Positions 1 to 7,204 of a stretch of 43,898 bases of DNA are shown here, one piece after another. Position 1 is the stretch's first letter; each line of letters begins with the position of its first letter. The notes below the pieces were generated by a model. That model made no database searches and had not been told where the DNA came from. It saw nothing but the letters and a program-made list of their open reading frames with translations. Made by a program: the position numbers and the translations under genes. The stretch is taken from the IMG/VR virus record IMGVR_UViG_3300031233_000001. One strand, written 5' to 3'. The stretch is from a virus.

Positions 1-75
1 CCTATAAAGCCCTCTACTCCCTATTATACAATAAATAGAAACCCCCCTTTGTACTTATCTCTGAATTCTGTTTTG
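1..75. repeat. Terminal direct overlap, identical to 43824-43898; the contig closes on itself
   Basis: Bases 1-75 (cctataaagccc...ctgttttg) recur exactly at 43824-43898. Confidence 0.95.
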
Positions 76-127
76 GTAGACTCTCCGTGTAGAGTGTTTT
101 CTTGTCAGTTCGTCAGTATCGTCAGTA
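1..127 (+). repeat. Inverted repeat copy A, right part (continues from 43772-43823 across the junction; 179 bp in total)
   Basis: The reverse complement of 1-127 equals 28692-28818 base for base. Identity ends at 128 versus 28691. GC is about 38% over 1-100 by hand count. Confidence 0.95.
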
Positions 128-133
128 TTCGGG

Positions 134-162
134 TTGACGGATTGAGTCGCCCTATGTAACTT
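134..162 (+). promoter_or_regulatory. Candidate sigma70-type promoter for the replication arm (TTGACG-N17-TAACTT)
   Basis: TTGACG at 134-139, a 17-nt spacer, TAACTT at 157-162, 31 nt upstream of the ATG at 193. Same pattern as the site at 28889-28917. Confidence 0.35.
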
Positions 163-192
163 GACCGCCTACTATCTAATCACGGGTTTGTT

Positions 193-534
193 ATGAAATA
201 TTCACCCTATGAGGCGCGCGAGTTGTTGCCCGCGATCCAAGCGGCGGAAGCGTTTGCCGCCAAGCATGGGACGACGTGCGTGCTGCCTGACGTACACGGA
301 TTTCCGGTGGTGGACCCTGCGGACCTGGACGCGCTGGAGTTGAGGCGCCCGGGCTGGATCGTCTCGCGGGAGGTGTACGCCGCTATCCATAAGGCGAAGG
401 TTCCGACCCAAACCCACGCCATTCGCCTGGGCAAGCAGTTGGCCAAGCGCTATCCGCACACGCGGATGTACGGACCACTGCGCGCCTACTGGATCATGCC
501 CGCAGGTGTAGAACCCGACTATCACACGGCGTAA
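193..534 (+). CDS. Hypothetical early protein (113 aa)
   Basis: First ORF of the + strand arm after the repeat. No recognisable motif. Confidence 0.6.
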   Translation: MKYSPYEARELLPAIQAAEAFAAKHGTTCVLPDVHGFPVVDPADLDALELRRPGWIVSREVYAAIHKAKVPTQTHAIRLGKQLAKRYPHTRMYGPLRAYWIMPAGVEPDYHTA

Positions 535-570
535 GCTGACCCTCCACACCACACTCACCTCGGGGCGCCC

Positions 571-3072
571 ATGCCTTCCATCCGCTTCACCCTCGTCACC
601 GCCGACAATTGCGCGATGACCAAGACGTTTAGCCAGGACGCCTTTGGCAACGTCACCAGCTCCGCCATCGCCCACATGACCGCAGGTAACGCTAAGGTCA
701 TCGAGATTGATGGCCCCGAACAGCTCGCCGCGTTCCTGCCGCTGCTCAAGCCCAACCAAGCCATCACCTGCGGCGTGCCGCAAGTGGGCGACACATTGCT
801 CACCACCCGGGCCGGCGCGGAATTCAACCCCACTGCGGTGGCGCGCACTAACGAGGCCTTCCGTTACCTGGATGCGCCGGCCCTGATGCCAATCGATATC
901 GACACGGCGACTGGCATGTACCGCAGCGTCGGCGAGGTGCTGGACGCTCTGGAGGCCGCCTCACCCTGGCTGCGCCACGTCTACCGTGTCGCGCGCCCGT
1001 CGTCTTCATCCTACGTCGCCGGACGCGGTTTGCGCGGCGTGCACGTCTACGTCCCGGTATCGCGCGGCACCGACATTCCTGAGCTGGGCAAGCGCCTGCA
1101 AATCGAACAATGGGCGACCGGACGCGGCTCGATTGTGATCAGCAAGTCGGGCGCGCTGCTGGTGCGCCAGCTGTCCGACGCGCTGGTCTATCAGCCATCA
1201 CGCCTGATGTTCGAGGCTGCGCCACAGCTGGAGGGCGACGTGCAGCGCGTTGTGCCGCCCGCCGAGTCGTGGCTCGAACGCGCCGCCGTGATGGGGCAAG
1301 GCCGCCCCGCCAAGTTCAAGACGGCCGAGGGTTGGCTAGACGCCCAGGAATTGCCGCCGCTACGCGACATCGAACGCCGCCGCTTCGAGGTCAACGTGCG
1401 CCAGGCCAAAGACCGCATGCGCGTCGAGGCCAAGCAGGTCGCCTTGAACTACCACAAGGCGAACGCTCTGGCCGCCGGATTGGACGATGGTGACCGTCGC
1501 GGGGCCCAGGCGCTACGTGCCCTAGGGGACAAGCGACTACCGCCGTCCTGGCCCCTGGCGTTGGCCGGTAGCCCCCTTCCGGTGCCGGCGGGGGCCATCA
1601 TTGGCAACCTGCCGACCTACCTGGGGCGGTTCTGCGCCGACCCGTTTGACGCATTGCGCCCGGACCTGACCGAAAGCCACAAGACCAAGGCCGAGATTGT
1701 CGCCATGCACGGCAAACCCGGCGTGTGGTCGCACAAGCTGCAAGAATTCTTTGAGTTCTCTATGGACGGCGAGCCCGAGCTGTCCACCCCGCTGGACATC
1801 GCCGCCGAGAACCTGTGCGGGGTAATCGAGGAATGGCCCGACAAGAAAGACAAGAAACGCAATAGCCTGTCTAACGTGATTTTCGCGGTAGGGCTACTGG
1901 CCAAACAGGCCGATATCCGCCTCACCTTCGATGTGTGCCTGGACGCCTTTTCGCGTGATGAGGTGCCATCGGATGGCGAATGGTTGCGCGCGGTGACCCG
2001 CCTGGGCTGCTCGTGCGTGTCCGCCGGCACGCTGCGCGAGGCGCTGGAGGAACTGGCACGCGCTAATCCAGTAGATCCGTGGAAAGACGCCGTGCTCAGC
2101 CTGCCGCTATGGGATGGCAAGCCGCGCGTCGATTCGCTGTTTGTCGACACCTTCGGCGCTGTGCCCTGCGAGGCGCAGTCCTACGCTGCGCGCGCGGTGC
2201 TCGCCGGCCTGGTGATGCGCCAACTACTGCCAGGCGCGCCCGCCCCCGTAGTCCCGGTGCTGATCGGCCCGCAAGGGCATGGCAAGGGCCTGTTTATCGC
2301 CGAGATGGCTAAAGCCATGGGCTTTCCGCCACCGACCGAGCTTGCCTTCACCGATGATCGGCGCATGTCCATGGCCGCCGCCCGCGCGCCGCTCGATGAG
2401 CTGTGCGAGATGGCCGGACTGGGCAAGCGTGATGCTGAGGACGTGAAGCGCTGGACGACCGACACCCAGGACGTCTATCGCCGGCCCTACGACAAGAAAG
2501 AGGAAACCCACCCGCGGCGCTTTGTGCTGATCGGCACAGCCAACAAGAATGAGCTGAACCGTGACGAGACCGGCAACCGTCGCTTTATGCCTGTACTGAC
2601 CCTGCAGTCGCCCTCGTCCGACTGGTCGGTCGAGGTGCCCCAGCTGTTCGCCGAGGCCAAAGCGAAATACTGCACCGACATGGCTAGTTATTTCCGGCTG
2701 ATTCGCGAAGCGGCTGAGGCGGTATTCGAGTACAACATGGACGCCATGAGCCGCGGCGAGGGTATGCCGGTGTCCGATCTGGACGACCTGCTGCCGCCTC
2801 ACCTGGAGCGCTTGATGTCCGATAAGCACCGCGTGCAGTCATCGGCCATCCGCGTAGCGCTGGACGTGCAAGCTACCGGGCGCAAGTTCTCCGCGCACGA
2901 GGTATCGCGCTGGCTCAAGGCGCGCGGTTGGACGGCCGGCGCCGACAGTCGTGGCATGCGCTACTACACTGCGCCGCAAACTTTCATTGATATGTGCGAA
3001 ACATTAGTGCAAACTGCGCCTAACCCTTTCGCCAACCACACCGCGGAGAATCTGCACCATGTCGCAGCCTAA
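571..3072 (+). CDS. Primase/helicase: VirE/D5-type P-loop NTPase with a possible N-terminal primase-polymerase domain
   Basis: 833 aa. Walker A GPQGHGKG, and VLIGTANK...DETGNRRFMPV typical of VirE/D5-like primase-helicases. The N-terminal IDIDT acidic motif as a primase domain is inference. Confidence 0.8.
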   Translation: MPSIRFTLVTADNCAMTKTFSQDAFGNVTSSAIAHMTAGNAKVIEIDGPEQLAAFLPLLKPNQAITCGVPQVGDTLLTTRAGAEFNPTAVARTNEAFRYLDAPALMPIDIDTATGMYRSVGEVLDALEAASPWLRHVYRVARPSSSSYVAGRGLRGVHVYVPVSRGTDIPELGKRLQIEQWATGRGSIVISKSGALLVRQLSDALVYQPSRLMFEAAPQLEGDVQRVVPPAESWLERAAVMGQGRPAKFKTAEGWLDAQELPPLRDIERRRFEVNVRQAKDRMRVEAKQVALNYHKANALAAGLDDGDRRGAQALRALGDKRLPPSWPLALAGSPLPVPAGAIIGNLPTYLGRFCADPFDALRPDLTESHKTKAEIVAMHGKPGVWSHKLQEFFEFSMDGEPELSTPLDIAAENLCGVIEEWPDKKDKKRNSLSNVIFAVGLLAKQADIRLTFDVCLDAFSRDEVPSDGEWLRAVTRLGCSCVSAGTLREALEELARANPVDPWKDAVLSLPLWDGKPRVDSLFVDTFGAVPCEAQSYAARAVLAGLVMRQLLPGAPAPVVPVLIGPQGHGKGLFIAEMAKAMGFPPPTELAFTDDRRMSMAAARAPLDELCEMAGLGKRDAEDVKRWTTDTQDVYRRPYDKKEETHPRRFVLIGTANKNELNRDETGNRRFMPVLTLQSPSSDWSVEVPQLFAEAKAKYCTDMASYFRLIREAAEAVFEYNMDAMSRGEGMPVSDLDDLLPPHLERLMSDKHRVQSSAIRVALDVQATGRKFSAHEVSRWLKARGWTAGADSRGMRYYTAPQTFIDMCETLVQTAPNPFANHTAENLHHVAA

Positions 3073-3475
3073 GACTCACATTCTCGTCGGTCGTACCATC
3101 ACGGCCGTCTACCTGGCCGAAGACGAAACAGCCATCAAGTTCACCACAGACGCTGGCGAAATCGTCGCCAAGTGCCGTGCGGAATGCTGCTCGCATACGT
3201 GGGTCGAGCATATCGACCTGCCTGCACTCGGGCTCCCTGCAGTAGTCGTCTCGGCCGAGGAGGTCGAATTGCACGCCGAGTTGGACACGCGCGGCGGCGA
3301 GCTGGAGTTCTATGGTTTCAAGATCCTCACCGATCGCGGCGAGCTGCTGATTGACTACCGCAACGAGTCGAACGGGTACTACGGTGGATCGCTTGTGTGG
3401 CCCGGCGATCATTTCTATGGCGGCGTGCGCGGTCAGAACGTGTCGGCGGGGGATTGGCAGCAGGTGGTGGCATGA
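3059..3475 (+). CDS. Hypothetical protein (138 aa)
   Basis: Its ATG overlaps the end of the upstream gene. Contains a Cys pair (CRAECCSHTW). Confidence 0.6.
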   Translation: MSQPKTHILVGRTITAVYLAEDETAIKFTTDAGEIVAKCRAECCSHTWVEHIDLPALGLPAVVVSAEEVELHAELDTRGGELEFYGFKILTDRGELLIDYRNESNGYYGGSLVWPGDHFYGGVRGQNVSAGDWQQVVA

Positions 3476-3774
3476 GCACCTACAAACCCACCGTCTACGA
3501 TGACGCCGTGCCCGCCGGCACGCCCGACATGTTCACCGTCGAGGAAGCCTCTCGCTGGTTAAGCTGCGCCCAGCCGGTCCCGCTTAAGCTGCTCCAGCGG
3601 CTTGGCAAAGACTGCACCATGGTGTCGCGGCTGCACAAACACCCGATGGGCACCAAGCCCACGCCCGACAAGCCCTGGCCGCAGGAAAAGACCTACTGTC
3701 GCGAGGTGATCGTGTTGGTGTTTCAGACCTGCCCGGATACGGCGCCGTTTGTTCCGTCAGTGGTGCAGCCGTGA
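3472..3774 (+). CDS. Hypothetical protein (100 aa)
   Basis: The ATG at 3472 forms an ATGA overlap with the upstream stop. Preferred over the track start at 3397, which would overlap by 79 nt. Confidence 0.5.
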   Translation: MSTYKPTVYDDAVPAGTPDMFTVEEASRWLSCAQPVPLKLLQRLGKDCTMVSRLHKHPMGTKPTPDKPWPQEKTYCREVIVLVFQTCPDTAPFVPSVVQP

Positions 3775-3956
3775 GCAGTAAGACCGTAACGGCCGCGTTC
3801 GAGAAACTATGGAGGCGCGCCGACACGATGTGCCGCGACGAAACCACGGCGTTACTCATGGCCGCCTACACACAGGGCCGGCGCGAGGCACGAAATGAAC
3901 TGAAGCGCCAGCGCCAGCTGGAGGCGCGGCGGAAGCGCTTGACAAAGGCCGAATAG
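3771..3956 (+). CDS. Small basic hypothetical protein (61 aa)
   Basis: GTGA start/stop overlap with the upstream gene. Arg/Lys-rich C-terminus. Confidence 0.45.
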   Translation: MSSKTVTAAFEKLWRRADTMCRDETTALLMAAYTQGRREARNELKRQRQLEARRKRLTKAE

Positions 3957-3967
3957 TCCTTTACATT
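3939..3967 (+). promoter_or_regulatory. Candidate sigma70 promoter (TTGACA-N17-TACATT)
   Basis: Perfect -35 at 3939-3944, a 17-nt spacer, TACATT at 3962-3967. It is followed by the CACACCACACCAAGGA leader and the ATG at 3998. Confidence 0.45.
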
Positions 3968-3997
3968 CGCCCTACACACCACACCAAGGATAAGCAC

Positions 3998-4666
3998 ATG
4001 TCTTACGAATTGAACGAAACGTTGGCCCGCAAAGTACTCGATACGGTCGACGCCGGGCTAGTCGACGGACTCGGTAAGCCCACACCAGGCGCCATGTGCG
4101 TCGAGGCGGCCGTGTGCTACGCCATGGGTTTGCCGCATAGCGACAGGCCGACATGTGTCGGCGACGCTGTGCGCATTTTCAAGATCCGTATCAACGACGC
4201 ACTCTGGAGTTCCGATGCAGCCCGCACCGAGGGTTTGCGTCGCTTGGCTGTCGCGCAGCTCGGTTCAGATAGCATCGATCAACAGGAGTTCGTGCGCATT
4301 GTGACCGAACAGACTATTCGACAGATCGTGCCGCGGGCGCTACGTGCCAAGATTGGCAATCCGGCGCATAGTGAGAAACTCGAAGCAGCTGCGCGACAGT
4401 GTGAAAAGGACGGCAATCGCGAAGCTGCGTTAAATGCTAAGTCAGTAGCACGCACCTACGCCTACGCCTACGCCGCCTACGCCGCCGCCTACGCCGCCGC
4501 CTACGCCGCCTACGCCGCCTACGCCGCCGCCTACGCCGCCTACGCCGGCGTAGGCGGCGCCCGTGATGAAGTGCTGGCTACCGCATGCACGATTGCACTT
4601 AACGCACTGATCGAACTGCAATCGCCCGGCTGCCAGTTCTTGTATCTGTGCGATGCGGGGGCCTGA
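3998..4666 (+). CDS. Hypothetical protein with a Tyr/Ala repeat tract (222 aa)
   Basis: Clean ORF with an AAGGA ribosome-binding site. Contains TYAYAYAAYAAAYAAAYAAYAAYAAAYAAYAGVGGA, encoded by a GCC/TAC microsatellite. Confidence 0.65.
   Translation: MSYELNETLARKVLDTVDAGLVDGLGKPTPGAMCVEAAVCYAMGLPHSDRPTCVGDAVRIFKIRINDALWSSDAARTEGLRRLAVAQLGSDSIDQQEFVRIVTEQTIRQIVPRALRAKIGNPAHSEKLEAAARQCEKDGNREAALNAKSVARTYAYAYAAYAAAYAAAYAAYAAYAAAYAAYAGVGGARDEVLATACTIALNALIELQSPGCQFLYLCDAGA
4455..4559 (+). repeat. In-frame (GCC)1-3-TAC microsatellite ending in a 26-bp perfect palindrome
   Basis: Ten TAC codons separated by 1-3 GCC codons. 4534-4546 (cgccgcctacgcc) is the exact reverse complement of 4547-4559. 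Confidence 0.9.
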
Positions 4667-4669
4667 GTC

Positions 4670-4870
4670 ATGGATACTCCCGACAATCACTTTACCCGAC
4701 GCGCGGAAGCCCGCATGTCGCAGGGCCACACCCCCGAACGCCCCGCCGTGTGGCCGGTAGTGCTGCTGGCCATCGCGTGCTGGTGTCTGGTCGTGTGCGT
4801 CCTGACACTACTGGGCTTGCCCTTCGTGCGGTGGATCGTTGACCACGGCCACCCGGTGTGGCGCCACTAG
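4670..4870 (+). CDS. Small membrane protein (66 aa)
   Basis: Hydrophobic span WPVVLLAIACWCLVVCVLTLLGLPF. Starts 4 nt after the upstream stop. Confidence 0.5.
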   Translation: MDTPDNHFTRRAEARMSQGHTPERPAVWPVVLLAIACWCLVVCVLTLLGLPFVRWIVDHGHPVWRH

Positions 4871-4929
4871 CCGCAAACTGCCGATTGCGCTAAACTAACC
4901 GCCTGAAATCCACCACATAAGGCTAAACA

Positions 4930-6759
4930 ATGGGTAAGCTTGTCCCGCGCTGGTATCAGGCCGAGGCCTGCAGCGCCATCATGGGCGCGCTCGTTGTCGC
5001 CGGTAACGCCAACCCACTCGCCGAGATTGTCACGGGCGGCGGCAAGGCCCTGCTGGCGGCGATGCTAGCCGAGGAAATTAACCTACAGTGGCCCGGCGCT
5101 CGTGTGATGGTGCTGGCGCCGTCCATGGAGCTGGTCAAGCAAAACGTCGACGAGGCCATGGGTTATCTACCCCCGGCGCTGGTGTCGCGCGTAGGCGTCT
5201 ACTGCGCCGGGCTAAAGATGAAAGACCGCCTGTCGCAAATCATCTTTGGCACGCCTCAGTCCGTCACGCGCCAGGCCAAGCGCTTTGGCCGTATCGACTT
5301 TGTGATCGTGGACGAGGCGCACGGGTTCGACGTGGGCGCTAAGACCGCGCGCAAAATCGTCGACGAACTGACCGCCAACAACCCGGGCATGCGGTTCATC
5401 GCGCTGACCGCCACCGGCTTTTGCATGAAAGGCCAGAAGGTCGTCCCGCTCACACAATGCGGGCTGTTCAACGCGAAGGTGTACGACCTGACATCGGGGC
5501 GCAACTACAACCGCCTGGTGCGCGAGGGCTTCCTGGCACCGGTGGTCGCGCCCACGATTCGCTTCCCGCAGGTCGATACCGCAGGCGTCAAGACCAAGGG
5601 CGGCGACTTCGGCGAGGCCGAGCTGGCCCGCCGCGCCATGGAGGTCACCAAGGAAGCGGTCACTGTAGCACTCGATAACGCCACCGACCGCAAGCATTTC
5701 ATGTGGTTCGCGGTGAACATCGAGCATGCCCAGATGATTCACCGCGCGCTGGTGGAGGCCGGCGAGTCGTCCGTGTTGATCCATGGCGACCTGGAGCACG
5801 GCGAACGTGTGGAAGGTATCGAGTCGTATCTAGCCAAGGCCCAGCGCCACGTGGTCAGCGTGGCCATGCTCACCACGGGATTCAACGCCAAGTTCGTTGA
5901 TTGCCTGGTATGCCTGCGCCCGACCAAGTCGCTGGTGCTGTGGCGGCAGATCGTGGGGCGCGGCTTTCGACCTTATCCGGGCAAAGAGAACGTGCTGCTA
6001 CTGGACGGTGGCGGCAACATCGCTCGGCATGGACCGATCAATGCCGCCGTGGACGAGGGCGACTCGCGCGCTGGCCTGTGGCGCTGCACCGATGAGGTCG
6101 TGCATATGCCCGTGCAGGCGGGCAAACAGAAAGCCATGCGCGAGAAATCGTCCATTCGCTTTCCGGTCAATAACCCCACCCAGCCCGAGCCGGACTTGCG
6201 CCTGGTGCTGGAGCTGATGGAGAAAGACACCGAGGCCTGCGGCTATTTAAACGACGCCGAGCACATGACTTGTCGCCAGTGCGGCCGGCCGCGCCAGGGC
6301 TTCCTGGCATTGCGCCAGCGCCGCGAGAAGACCGAGCGGTCCATCTTTGGCGAGGGCGACTCCTACGAGCTGCACGATGAGGATTCGGTCGTGCTCAAGG
6401 ATGAGGCCTGCAAACTGACGCGCCAGCTGGAGGTGCGCGATATGTCCGTCGTGCCCGAGGGTAACAGCGTGCTGAACTTCGCTTTCACGACCGACTTTGG
6501 CCCCTACGCCTTGCGCCTGGACTTCGATCGCACCCAGGCGGACCCGAAATTCTACGCCCAGGCCCGCAAGTTCTTTCAGGCGGCCACCGGTCGCAACGTG
6601 CCGGGCGAGGCTTACCGCGTCGTCTTGCAACGTGAACTGATCCCGCAGCCTGTTGACATTACCCTTACAAAGTTTGAAAATGGTCAGGTATTCCTTACGG
6701 AATGCCGATTCATCCATGAGGGTAATCTAAGGAGTTTCCGTTATGACCCGCGCTTTTAA
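4930..6759 (+). CDS. Superfamily-2 DEAH-box DNA helicase
   Basis: Walker A TGGGKA, DEAH box VIVDEAH, LTATGF, motif VI VGRGFRP, and a C-terminal Cys pair CRQCG. Confidence 0.85.
   Translation: MGKLVPRWYQAEACSAIMGALVVAGNANPLAEIVTGGGKALLAAMLAEEINLQWPGARVMVLAPSMELVKQNVDEAMGYLPPALVSRVGVYCAGLKMKDRLSQIIFGTPQSVTRQAKRFGRIDFVIVDEAHGFDVGAKTARKIVDELTANNPGMRFIALTATGFCMKGQKVVPLTQCGLFNAKVYDLTSGRNYNRLVREGFLAPVVAPTIRFPQVDTAGVKTKGGDFGEAELARRAMEVTKEAVTVALDNATDRKHFMWFAVNIEHAQMIHRALVEAGESSVLIHGDLEHGERVEGIESYLAKAQRHVVSVAMLTTGFNAKFVDCLVCLRPTKSLVLWRQIVGRGFRPYPGKENVLLLDGGGNIARHGPINAAVDEGDSRAGLWRCTDEVVHMPVQAGKQKAMREKSSIRFPVNNPTQPEPDLRLVLELMEKDTEACGYLNDAEHMTCRQCGRPRQGFLALRQRREKTERSIFGEGDSYELHDEDSVVLKDEACKLTRQLEVRDMSVVPEGNSVLNFAFTTDFGPYALRLDFDRTQADPKFYAQARKFFQAATGRNVPGEAYRVVLQRELIPQPVDITLTKFENGQVFLTECRFIHEGNLRSFRYDPRF
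6653..6681 (+). promoter_or_regulatory. Candidate internal sigma70 promoter (TTGACA-N17-GAAAAT)
   Basis: Perfect -35 at 6653-6658, a 17-nt spacer, GAAAAT at 6676-6681. It lies inside the helicase 3' end, 62 nt upstream of the ATG at 6743. Confidence 0.4.
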
Positions 6760-6934
6760 GTTCGAACTGAATGCCCGCGTGATAGAGATGCACGGCGACA
6801 GGCGCGGGTGCGTCCGCGATAGCCGCAAATACGAGCCATGGAAAGGCGACGCCGCCATTAATATCTACCTGATCCAGTGGTTTTGCGGGGGTGTGGACTG
6901 GGTGTGGGAAGACGAGCTGGCGCTCGATCAGTGA
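6743..6934 (+). CDS. Hypothetical protein (63 aa)
   Basis: AGGAG ribosome-binding site at 6729-6733, 9 nt upstream of the ATG. Confidence 0.5.
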   Translation: MTRAFKFELNARVIEMHGDRRGCVRDSRKYEPWKGDAAINIYLIQWFCGGVDWVWEDELALDQ

Positions 6935-7143
6935 AGGCTTCATTACGACACAAGATCGAACATGCGCTAGCCGATGGCCCAGGCACCGCCGCTGACATCG
7001 CTGCGGAACTTGACCGCAACTCACGGCTTACCGGCGCCTATCTACGTGACCTGTGGCGCCGCGGCGCGCTAACTCGCCGCGCCTACTACCCGCCTGAGCG
7101 CGGGCCGTCTATTCGTCGCGTGGTGTGGATGTACTCGCTATGA
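6931..7143 (+). CDS. Putative winged-helix DNA-binding protein (70 aa)
   Basis: GTGA overlap with the upstream stop. The sequence ...GPGTAADIAAELDRNSRLTGAYLRDLWRRGAL looks like a small wHTH; this is inference by eye. Confidence 0.45.
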   Translation: MKASLRHKIEHALADGPGTAADIAAELDRNSRLTGAYLRDLWRRGALTRRAYYPPERGPSIRRVVWMYSL

Positions 7144-7204
7144 ACTACTACAAAGACGTGAATAAAGCGCTACAATCACGAAAGACCGCCACCGAGCCCA
7201 CCAC

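Noticed and set aside
202-783. Long antisense or alternative-frame ORFs throughout the track, for example 202-783(-), 12427-13128(+), 19093-19929(-), 25587-26255(-), 25916-26590(+), 30262-31317(-) and 33710-34522(+).
   Set aside because: They lie opposite or out of frame to genes with clear motifs and coupled start/stop junctions. They are Arg/Pro/Gly/Ala-rich, as expected for stop-poor frames in 60-70% GC DNA, and they lack ribosome-binding sites.
4455-4559. Possible CRISPR-like or other non-coding repeat array.
   Set aside because: The units are 6-9 nt with no spacers and sit in frame inside a clean 222-aa ORF. This is a coding microsatellite, not a CRISPR array.
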